A DNA stretch of 64,000 nt, from the NCBI GenBank assembly GCA_036172245.1, contig JAYWIR010000054.1:496001-560000 (forward strand). Reading direction: 5' to 3'. The notes beneath the pieces were generated by a model, which did not search any database, had not been told where the DNA came from, and saw only the letters and a program-made list of their open reading frames with translations. Shown one piece after another: positions 53,609-64,000 of the stretch (the stretch's first letter is position 1; each line of letters starts with the position of its first letter). This stretch comes from Raillietiella orientalis. Taxonomy: Eukaryota. Position numbers and translations under genes: made by a program.

Positions 53609-53817
53609 AGCGCTTTCTCGGCCGACGCCCGACTGACTGGCGAAGGATGTCAGAGAAAGTGGCTGGCAGGCGGTGGAAGCAGCGAGTCGCGGCAGCCCAC
53701 CTTCGCCGAAGGAAGTGCAAGCTGACCGGACGACCATTCCCTCCGCTGCACAGCCCCCGCCGTTTCGTCCTCGCTCTCCAGACTCCGGCGACAGCAAGCT
53801 GCAGAACCGACTCCAGA

Positions 53818-56068
53818 ATGCTCCTGTTCTTCGTGACCCGCATCCTCGGCTGCCTTCTCCTGGCGCAGGTCGGGAGAGGAAAAGAGGGGAGGGAGGGGGG
53901 ATAGAGTCTTTCGAGTGGCTCTTACACTCTTGTACCGAGCAGGGCCTCGCCCGGGCGTCCAAGGAAGAGCAGCTGCAGCGACTGGACGCATTCCTGGACG
54001 ACGTCCTGAGGAGCGACGGAGGCGCCGACCTGGATCAGCTGGAGCAGGAAGCTGACGGCATCATCGAGGAGTTCGTCCACGGCACCTTTCTGAGGCAGAT
54101 CGACGAGATGCGCCACCACATGCTGAGGTACGGTTGCCGGGGAGACGCGGAAGGAGGAGGAGGGAGAGGGGGGGAGAGAGCCAACGGTGACGCGCACGGT
54201 TTCCCCAAGGAACACCACGGAGATGATCTGCGAGGGCCAGGTCCAGTGGCAGAGCTGCCGCAGCTGTTTCCTGCAGGCCTTCAACGGCACCGACGTCCGA
54301 GGAGAAATTGACGTGAGACGACGAACGTCCCTCCCTCCGGGTGTGCATAACTCCCGCTTTTCCTACCTCCTTGGCAGATCGTCTATGACGACCTAGTCCG
54401 GTGTCTACAGACCTACGCCCTGGAACCGAATTTCAACCCCTGCCTGAGGCTTGTCGAGGTGAGACCTGCCCGGTTTGCTTGACGACGCGGCTCGCCTTCT
54501 CGCGGGGCAACGTGGGCCGCCCGCGCTCCCGTTGTGTCTCTGACCTCCCCCAGTACGACGCCGAGCGCGAACCGTTCCCAGAGGGAGATTTTCCCCCTGC
54601 CCTTCCCGACGTCCGCTCCCTTTCGTGCTCCCGGGTCGCTCTTGCCGTTCCCGGATTGTTCCTGGCATTCTCGAGTCGCACTTCTCCTTTCCGAGTTGGT
54701 GTTCTTGCGTTCAGGTTGTCCTTCCGAGTTGCCCTGCCGTCGTCAGGGCACGGAAGGAAAGGAAACGGAGAGCACGAGGATGACGTTATCGTGACACCCG
54801 CAGCAGCTGCCGCTGGCGTGTTTCCGAGGACGAGGAGTGCCCCGAGGGCTGCCCCCTTTTCCTTTTTCCCTTTTACTCGACCGAGGGCTCGTCATGCCCT
54901 CTACCCGGCCTGTAGAGAACGCCGCAACCTCCCGATGCCCTTCGCTTCTCTCCTGACCTCTCAGCTCATGGTCCCCGCTGTGCGGCGGGGTTGAAGAATC
55001 GGCGGGTTCGAAGTCTGGCGGCGACGCTTCCGAAATCCTCGCTCCGGACCCCATGGCCTCCTGAACCCCATCTACCCAGCGGCGGGAAGGGGGGAAATGT
55101 TTGCTGCTACGGGAAGGCGGGCGCGCCGACCGGGGGTCCGCCTTCTCTCACGGAGCACCTTGGCGCGAACCGCGCGCGTCACCTCAGGGAGATTCAAGGT
55201 CGACAGCGCCTCGCAGTTTCCGGGGGCCTCCCGGAAAGACGGCTTGCCCCACCCTTCATCACAGTCTGCCATGAGCGCAGTGCTCCCTTCCTCCCGAGTA
55301 ATGAATCCTGTCAGATCGCATTCCTTGAGGTGAAGGAGCAAGACGGCGCGACCCCTCGCTGCTGGCCACGCGGCGCGCTTCGGGTTCTCATCCCAACAGT
55401 GACTCGATTGAATTCCCCTGCGCCACCACCCACGCTAGGAGCAACGCTGGCCATTGATGCCGGAGAGAGACGGTGGCCAAGTCGCGATCAAAGTGGGCTG
55501 CGCCCTATCCTGCCCAGTCCTCGCGCGGATCTCGCGCCGCGGCGGGGCATACTGGGAATTCCCTGGCGCGGAAGTTGCCGCAAGACGTTGGTCTTCGTAA
55601 TCACGGGCGGTCACCCCGCGGAGCAGAGCTCCCGGCTGATACCCTCCGTCCTTGCTCCCAGGGGCAAAACATCACGCTGAACACCTCCGCCTACGGTTCC
55701 TGCACCGGGATCTCTGGGAGGAACGTCGTCCGGCTGCCGTGCAAGGAGACCATGCGAGGCGAGTCCATCGCCCTCTGCATCCTGGCCGGGGCGCACGCGC
55801 GAACGGTGAGGTGGGGTGACGGCAGCCGAGACAGGGCCGCCCTTCCCTTTGCAGATGGGACGGTGCCTAGAGAGTTTCCTGCTGTATTCTCGGAAGCCGG
55901 TTTCCCACATGACCCCCATCGACTTCTACGTGGTCAGCAAGTGTTTCCGCAGAGACTGCACGGAGGTCAGGATGCTCCCGACCCTCCCGCCTCTCATCCG
56001 GGATCCTTTCCTTCCAGATACCCATGAACGACATCTTCATGACGTATCTGGAGAGCTGCGCGGCCTGA
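53818..56068 (+). CDS. Predicted spliced gene of unknown family: secreted Cys-rich glycoprotein. Exons 53818-53868, 53943-54127, 54210-54312, 54378-54458, 54554-54610?, (54700-55600 unresolved), 55662-55805, 55855-55965, 56018-56068
   Basis: Signal peptide MLLFFVTRILGCLLLAQGLARA. Consecutive GT-AG junctions with matching phases give ...RNTTEMICEGQVQWQSCRSCFLQAFNGTDVRGEIDIVYDDLVRCLQTYALEPNFNPCLRLVE... and GQNITLNTSAYGSCTG...LPCKE...LCIL...MGRCLESF...SKCFRRDCTEIPMNDIFMTYLESCAA*. Four N-x-S/T sequons. Confidence 0.72.
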
Positions 56069-56299
56069 TCCGAAAGCTCCGCGCCCACTCCTGAGACGCC
56101 CTCTGCTACAGGCGGAAGCGACCCTCCCTTTCACCCGGGAAGCCTTCCACCGGATCAGTCTCCTTCCTTTCTTCTGCTAGCCTCCCTGATAGCTGCCACG
56201 GCAACCGGCTCTCCGGTCCGCCGTCCGGCTTTCACCTGCCCGCCGACGAGACTTCGAAGTGAGCCGAAGGGGACGCGAGTGGACTCTCCCTCTCTTCGC

Positions 56300-57340
56300 T
56301 CGCAAGACAGTGAGCGGCCTGACAAGTGGGCGGAGGGAGAGTCCGTGAACATCCCGCGCAGCATCCAACGGAAGCGTTTCTGGACCTTCTTTTCCTTTCT
56401 CATCTTCCCCCCTGCCCCTTCCCTCCCCTTTTCTGGACGAATCGTCTCTACCATGTGGCCGGAAGCTGAAGCGAATAAAAGATGTGGCGTCAAAGCATCC
56501 GTCTCATTCGGTGGTGAGATCAGAAGCTTGCGTTCCAGGACGACGACCGTCAGGCATGCCTCAACTCCCTAGTCTTCAATGTCAGGAGACAGGGCCTATG
56601 AAACCGTTCCCTACGCATTCCTCCCTCTCGTTCCCACCATCGCACTCTGCTGCACTCTGCTGATGAACTCGCGCGACCATCGCGTGCTGGAGGGACGAGA
56701 CGAATATCTCCTAGCGACTCATCCCTTCGCGACGGACGTCTCCCGTTCTGTAGGAGCTCTCCTGGCATGGCTGTCCTGGAGGGTGGGGGCGGCTTCCTCC
56801 CGTCTCCGCCGGCAAGGCGTGCGAGGTTTGCTCGCGCCGACCGGCTTGCCGCCTCCTGCGCGAGATGGCGCGCGCGAGACTTCCTGAGGCGGCGAGGGGT
56901 AACCCGACCCCTTTCCTTCATCGGTTCCGGGGCGCTGGCACCCTTACGGAAGAACGTTCCTTCCGAAAGACCAGCGTCTGCCGCGGAAAGGGAGGGGAAA
57001 GGGGGGGGGAGGAGGGCATTTCTCGGCTGGAGCTGCGATCGGATGGAGGAGAGGGCATGGTGAAACACAGAGAGAAAGAAACAGCATGGATGGCTCCAAG
57101 GAGCCAGGGAGAACCCCGGGAGTCAGGTGATCCCGAGATCTCATTTCACGCACTGTTTCGGCCACTTTCGACGGCCATCCGCCTTGCGGGTCTCCCGGCA
57201 TCCGTGCGGTCGCGTCCTGGATGCAACACGGCCTCCGTTGCCATGGACGCGGTCGTAGGGCCTTCACGAACCTTTTCAGCCTCCCTTCCAGACCGTTCTA
57301 CGAGTGGCAAGGGCTCTTGCCGCACACCATGTAGATCCAT
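56300..57340 (+). mobile_element. Decayed Ty3/Gypsy RNase H to integrase zinc-binding relic
   Basis: RFWTFFSFLIFPPAPSLP (~aF..lk..l...PvL..p), VRHASTP...DRAY (~iayaSr.l...ernY), VLEGRDEYLLATHP (~l.G..f.l.TDH.pL) and SCRTPC. Confidence 0.5.
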
Positions 57341-57749
57341 ATTATATATTTCTTTAATATATTATACAGTACTATGTATGCACTGTGTTTCTATGTTACG
57401 TATTATGAGTGATACAGCATACATTATGTACATATAAAGCATTGCAAAATTGCAAGATTCTGTATTACATAGAATATGCATATCAAAAAATATTTCAGTT
57501 TACTCGCTAATTTATGCTTCTGTATTATAGAACGCTGTACATTCATCAGCGTTCGAATCTCACGTACTTGTGCAGCACTGTATCATTATACTGCAGTGTA
57601 CAGTGTAGTATCAAATGTGGTGATATCAAAAAAAGTATCAAAAATAAAAAATTCAAATGTGGTGTGGCACATACAGGATGTGGTGCAACCACCCGAAGCT
57701 AGAAGACCCTGTCCATGAAGATGGCTGTGCCACTGAGATTCGTCCTGGG

Positions 57750-58450
57750 AGCTCTCCTTTCGTCTCGAAGGCGTCCCCATCTCCTCCCTTTCGTCTTTAT
57801 CAGCTGGTAAGGTAAGGGTTTCCCGGTTCGGGACACGGACACTGCTTGCTCCGCATCGCAAGAGACCTCGCGCGTCTTCCCATTCCGACGGCGGGTTCCA
57901 TGCTTCCGAAGGAGCATCCCAAATCCGCGGAAAAGCCTCCCGTTTGTCCCGGACGGGACCAATCCGTCTCCTCATGGAGGCGGTCGCCAATCCCTTGCTG
58001 ACCGGGGATTCCCCAGTTGCTTGAAGTTTCCATTTCTCACGTTCAGTCGGCCGCGGTCCCTCGTTTTCTGCGCCTTGCAATCCGGAGTGAGCGCAGTTCC
58101 CTTCTCGGTCCATTTCGGATCTTCCCGAGACTGCACCATTCGCTACCCCCAGGGTATCTCCATCTCCAAAATTTGGCAAAGTCGTCCTAATCACGAGAAT
58201 GTCTTTCGCACATATCCAGGAATCCATGAAAGAGGGGATGCAACCTCATTCGTGGAACACGGAGGCTCTGTTCCGTCCCGAAATCCGAATTTTCTCGAAG
58301 CAAAGCACCGATACCAGCAGTTCAAAGCAATGCCTGTTCTTTCTTTTGTCTGATGCAGGTCGGCACCCGAAGTGCGACCGATTGCTTGAGATGCCCATCA
58401 TGCTTGCGTGTTTGTCTTGCTCATAATCGAGCAGCCAAGAGAGCACGAAG
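57750..58450 (-). mobile_element. Decayed Ty3/Gypsy reverse transcriptase relic
   Basis: DKRKNRH...LCFEKIRISGRNRASVFHE (~dr.KtaF...lfef.rmpFGl.naPa.Fq) and ICAKDILVIRTT (~YlDDIlv...t). Confidence 0.6.
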
Positions 58451-60289
58451 AAAAAACAAAAACCTTGTTTCTCGTCATCCCATTTTGCGAAAGCCTTTCA
58501 GGGTACTTTACTTGCATCAAATAGGAATGCCTCCCGGAATTCGTTAGTGTGGTGTGCAAGACGAAAAACCTTTCCACCAGACTAATTCTTTCGTTTTCAC
58601 GTACTTTCACGAGGGGAAAGGAATTTTGATGCGCGCTGAAATTTGTTTCAGGTTTACAGCTTTTTCTTCTTCTTCTTTCTCCCTTGTATCCCATGTACAT
58701 GATTAAAAAATTTAGCTTTTCCATCCAAAAACTGATGATGGGAATCGCGAAACACAAGTGCGTACTCATTGTGTATTCTCTGATGAAAAACGTTCATGAA
58801 GAGCCTAACGTCTCAATAACCAAAACACGTCAGAAATAACGGCAAGAATTTATAACCTGAATGCCCTAATATTTATTACATTTGTTATTTGGTATGCCTA
58901 CACATCGCAGTTTGCTGATATGCCTAAGCCTACAGTTTATATTTAGACGTTCCTCGGCAGAGGCAGACATGACGCTAATTTCCTTGGGTGTGAAGCACAA
59001 ATTAAAATTACTGATGGCAGTGTTTGTTGCAATGCATGGAAAGTGTAAGGCACGTATTGAAATTACTAATGGCAGTGTTCGTTGTAATTCATGGAAAGTT
59101 CACGATTCACGAGGGATACTCGAGGGCAGTTGCTCTTTCAGAGGGGCAAATGAAACCCTTTGATGTGTGATACGAAAAATGCTTAAGCAACCGATGGACT
59201 CTCTCCGGTCACTATAGATAAGGTAAACATTTTTGCTTTCGTTGGAACTTCATAGGGTTGCTAATACTGCAAACAACGGTGGAGAAAGCACTTTCACCAA
59301 GATTGCTTCCTCAGGATGAAAAGAGCGCTCCACTTTCAAACCAATTGCCACAAATTGAATTCCTAACGCCGAAGTACAAAAGAGGAAAAAACACACACAC
59401 ACAGAAACAAAAGGTCTCATTGTCTTCATTGAGAAATGCACGTTGCTGTACCGGGAAATAGATTAGTGCATTGCGCCGTTATTGAGATTTAATCCCTTAA
59501 ATAGGTTCTTCTTCAGGGAACAGAAAGGGAAGGAGGATTATGCCTTTTATATAGATCCACAGTGGAAGTGCCAGATCCATTTCATTAACACCACGAAACA
59601 TGAATAAATGGACTCACACCGAAACGATCGCTCAACGCAATTCCTTAATACTATTTACGCATTTTTTTTTTTTTTAAACGAATAAATGAGGGAAAGAAGA
59701 GATTTCCTAACCCTTTTATTGCCTTCTGTTATGAATAGCTTGTGTGTCTGTCAGCGGATTGCCTTGTGGCAGATGTAGTTGCGTTCTCGCGCTCTCATAA
59801 TGTTTAGTTGATTCATTAGAAAACCATTCCCTCGAAATAATTTTCATTATGGATAAGCTAAGCAAAGTGTTGGAAGCAAAGTGAATGAGCTAATGGCAGC
59901 TGGAAAGCAAACTTGATCCTCGGCTCAATGTTCCTTTCTTCCGCCCCGTTCTTGAATGGGGATGGAGGAGGGGGGGACGCAAGGAATGAAATTCCCCTTC
60001 AGATGGAATCTGAATTTTTACATCACTTTGGATAATAATAATCGCAGTGATAACGATGGGCTATCCTGGGGGAATGCTGGTGGTTTCTCTTCATCATCGC
60101 GTCGGAATGAAACGAAACGAAAGACAACTCGGCCGGGCAAATCCTTGGTCGAGTCACCACCGTTGCCACGGGAAAGACGCGCCCTAAGCTTGCAGACAAA
60201 TCCGAGATGGTGCACCTAAATAAGGATCCGGCAGTTTGTGATCCCATGTTCGCGGAAGTAAAAACTTTCGGACACGTCGATGGAGCCTC

Positions 60290-61150
60290 GAAATGCAAAT
60301 GCGCACGGGACCTGTCTTCCTCCATCTTTCTTTCCTGCCTGACTATTGTACTTTCCCTGACGTTAGATTGCCTGCTAATTACTTCGAAAACAGGCTCTGC
60401 TATCTGAGCATTCCGAACGGGAAGGCCAGCTTCATAAACCTCTGGAGCACGACTTGGTGCCGCCACCGCAGGGTGCATCTCGCAAGCACGCGTGCAAGGA
60501 AGCAGATCGTTCCCAAGTGTTCCCTCAACCTTCTCCTCCTCGCCACCAGCACGCAACAACTTTCCCGTAGCTCGGAGGAAACAACGGATTCCCACGATCT
60601 CGATCCAGTGCTGCAAAAGCATTTCTTCGTCTGGAGAAGAACTCCTTGCAGAGGAATTTCCAGGGACGCGGCGCCGGTTCCCGCTCACAGAATGAGGGAT
60701 TACGTACGGCCCTCCAGTCCGAACCACCGAGGGAAGCAAACCAGAACACGCCGTCGGTTCCTTCTTCTCGTGTTCGGAAGTGTGGACGGTGGCGAAACTT
60801 CGGCAGCTTTGCTCTGCAGTGCGTTGCTACTTGCCCCTCCGAAAGGATTAACTCGGGAGTGGTGGCTCTGTTCCATCTCCCACTGAAATGAACTCACATA
60901 CGTCTCGATGCGCATCTGTTTCGGTATCACCTGTGAGGTGGCTCTTTGCAGCAACGATTACTGCAGGCATCCTTTCAACGTCAAACCAACAGCCACGACT
61001 CCCAGAAGATGCACGGGAATCTGCATAGGAATGAGTCATTCTTGGTATATACCCATGCGTCACAGGTGCTGAACAACAAGTGGGCATTGTGATTAGCCGA
61101 ACCACAAGTTATCCACCTGTTTGCTTGCGTCGTGCTGCTCCCATGATGAC
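60290..61150 (+). mobile_element. Decayed Ty3/Gypsy RNase H-integrase relic
   Basis: TQQLSR (~ADaLSR), DLDPVLQK, W...CVATCPS (zinc remnant) and IYPCVTGAEQQV (~YHPqsNG.aER.V). Confidence 0.5.
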
Positions 61151-64000
61151 GGCCTGACTCACGAAACGGTTCTTGATTCTGCTGCATCAGTGTCTCGATT
61201 GCATTCAAAGCAGGTACAACAAAAATCCATCAAGTCGTCTTTAATAAGAGAAAGCTTGGCGTCCTCTCAATTCTTTCGAATCTCTCACAGCTCTTCCGAA
61301 GTTCCCGGCTCAGCAGACCGCAAGCTAAATCCACCGGTGACTGGATTAAGGTCACTCTGGAAAATGGATCTCGAGCGTGCAGCATGTGCTACTTCTACTT
61401 CTCCACCGAAGTTTTTTTTTTTGGTTTTCTTTTGCCTTTCTGGATGAATTTCCCGGAAAACGAGTGCATGCACCCAATGCATGATAAAGTAAACAGTCAG
61501 GGAAATAGGGTAGGGGGGCGAGCAGAGTTACTCACTAGCGACAAGTTGCGTGAATCCCTAAAAGTCTTTGACAGAGAGAAGCTTGAGAGTCAAGATGAAC
61601 TTGGGTATGCGTTTCCCAAAACACGTTTCAGCATTGCCCACTTCGTTGTTGCTATGGCTTCTGAAGAAGGTTTCCACGAGACTACTCCCAGACTGATCGC
61701 ATTAATTCAGCATCCCATTCCTGCAATGCTTTTTTACATATCTCTGCCTCGAGGATTTCCTCGTCCGGTTCCTCTCGGAACATTTTCATAGAGGTGTGAC
61801 TCCAGCACATCATGGAAATGTCTGTTTAATGGACGCAAGGTTTCTTGAGGTAGTGCTCATGAAACTTGAGTGGATCTATTCTCCGTGATAGTCGGAGATT
61901 GAGATCACGAGATGATGATTCTTGTGCTTCATGAATGCACCTCTGTTGTTGTAGTTCTTATTATTATTATTCACCTCAGAATAGAGAGTTTCTCTCTTGC
62001 GAAGGTGTTTGCTACCTAAGAGACATCTCTCTCCCCCCTCCCCTCCTTGAAAAAAAAAAAAAGGAAAAAGGAAAATGCAAACTTTTCAAACCACGTAAGA
62101 GTGTATGTGTCAGTGACTGGCAAAAAACAAAAAGTAAATATTCTTGAGCTTGCGCCATCCGTGCTGAGGGAAAACGAGGATCGGCTGATCTCTTCAACAA
62201 GCACAGACTCGCTGCAGATGTCTTCATGAAACTTGAACACGCTGCCCGGTGCTTCTCCTCACCGGTCAAATGCATGGACACATGAAAGACCGTTTCAGCA
62301 AAATGGAGCGCAACACCTTCTTGGATGCAGCAAATTCCGTTTCTCTGTGCTGCCGAAAAGACCAAGCCATTCGTTGTACAAATAATAATCGTTCTGTTCC
62401 TGGAATGGGAGAGCGGGAAGCTGCACGTCAGACCCGGAACTCAGACGGCTCACCGAGGTCTGCAGAGGCCTGACTTTTACGGATTCCGGTGAAGCAGAGT
62501 TGGTAAACAGCTGCGGTCGTTTGCTTTCCGGATGGAAAAATCTTTCGGAATTATCTTTGTTCACGCTTGTGTACGCGTGTGTGAGTGTGTGTACGCGCGC
62601 GCGCGCGTGTGTGCGTGCACGCAAGGTTCCACACTTCAGAACGCGCGCCCGAAGCCACTGCGATCCCCCCCCCCCCCCCAACCCCATTCCGCAGGGGTTT
62701 AAAATACGTCTAGGAGTTTCATGGTCACACTGCTGGCCTCTCTTCCCTCCTCCTCCGGTCTTTCGACGCAGCTGCTCCCCGGACCACAGCGGCACGCCGA
62801 GGGAGCCGCTAAGGACGATCCACGTATTCGTAGCACGCCGGAATCCGATTTTAATATTTTAAAAAAACAAAGCCTGCAGGAGCGAAAATAGGAACTCCCA
62901 TCGATGCATTTTAAAACATAATGCAATTTTCCAAATACGTCCTGATCTCCTGCAGAGATTGGCAATTCATTAGATAATGCGATTACCTGCTTTCCTCCCC
63001 CTCCCAAATACTTTCATTAGATAATTATATTTGCATTTTAAAGAAGGGGAAGTTGATTTCTCAATTGCATCGAATAATTTCGAGGTCTGCCGCATTTCCG
63101 TTTATTGGTTTTTGCGCATTCAAACAGAACGTGAGAGATCCTGGGAAGCTGCATCTGCAGAAATGTTTTCCGCGTGAGACGGAAAAAGGAAAGAAAAGGA
63201 AGAAAAAGGCCCCCAGAGTTAATTAAACATTATTTCCTTACTCAATCCTCATCTAATTTTTTATTTAGTCCTGCTAAAAATCTGTTTGAAACTGAAAAAC
63301 CAAATCGCCCTTAATAAATGAAATAGATGAATCCTTACTGCTTTCACAATACGAAGGGGAATAATTGCGCAAAAGATGAAGGTGAATCAAAAGAAAGGAA
63401 AAAAAAAAAAGAATAATTTATATCTCTTTCTTGGCCACGCTGTTTGCAGGTCACATCTGCCAGTTGGTTCTATTCTAGTCGACTCTCACTCTATGTGTCC
63501 ATGGAACCAGGCTGAGAAATCCATACGCAGCATCGAATAAAGAGCAGAGAGGAAAAGGAAAAGAAAACGCAAATGGAGTGTCCGAAAGCGATGCCAAATT
63601 TAACTTTGGTAGCATTCACGCATTCGTTTCGAAAAGCAACTGCCAATGGATGTCGAAACCACATGAGAACAGCGACTTCTTCGGTGCATCCAAGAGGAAC
63701 CTGGACAGATCAAAAAGGAGCAAATGCAATCACCAGACCGCGAAGGCGTCTCAGTGTTGAAAAGAAGGAATCTGCCATCTGAGAAAAGGACCGCTAGCAA
63801 ACGAAAATCGGACTTGGACTCACGAGAGGACCGTCTTCTCGAAGAGTCATCAAGAACATTCCCTTCAAGACAGATCACTGTGTTGATATGCCTACATATT
63901 GGAAGGTTTGTTGTGCTTAACATGGAATGTTCGCGTTACATTGCATCGTTCGAACAAACGATGCAATGCCAATGTTGATGTTCGGATATTAGAATAGTAC

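Noticed and set aside
52595..53904. 376-aa and 269-aa ORFs and their Lys/Arg/Glu-rich antisense ORFs
   Set aside because: Produced by the stop-free CT/GA low-complexity tract and the inverted-repeat arm.
58770..58845. Possible hammerhead ribozyme (ctgatga...gaaa)
   Set aside because: The required stems cannot be formed convincingly.
62130..63980. Possible Tc1/mariner N-terminal fragments at about 62150-62500 and 63570-63900
   Set aside because: Resemblance too weak to call; no DDE/DDD motif or paired TIRs seen.

Overview
Eukaryotic genomic DNA, most likely from an invertebrate and probably an arthropod (inferred from spliceosomal introns and an insect/crustacean-type ionotropic receptor). 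Three recognisable host genes: the 3' end of OSGEPL1 (1-297, +), a complete 12-exon NSUN2 (8836-11451, -) and an IR76b-like ionotropic receptor (about 33213-41009, -). Two further multi-exon genes can be reconstructed by hand that the ORF track misses and that I cannot assign to a family: a 141-aa single-pass membrane protein (16799-17447) and a secreted Cys-rich protein (53818-56068). Most of the remaining sequence is a dense set of old, heavily substituted but still colinear transposon relics: L1/Tx1 and other APE-LINEs, an RLE-type LINE, Ty3/Gypsy, four piggyBac copies, mariner, a Helitron, a hAT-type MITE and a tRNA-derived SINE. Most long GC-rich ORFs in the track are by-products of these relics. 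Other notable items are 37-49 nt introns, two GC-AG introns required to keep reading frames, a long inverted repeat around a Gypsy fragment (51317-53608), repeated head-to-tail stacking of LINE 3' ends, and an apparent GC increase with element age. No prokaryotic system or CRISPR array is seen. All family calls come from motif recognition by eye; TE boundaries are approximate.
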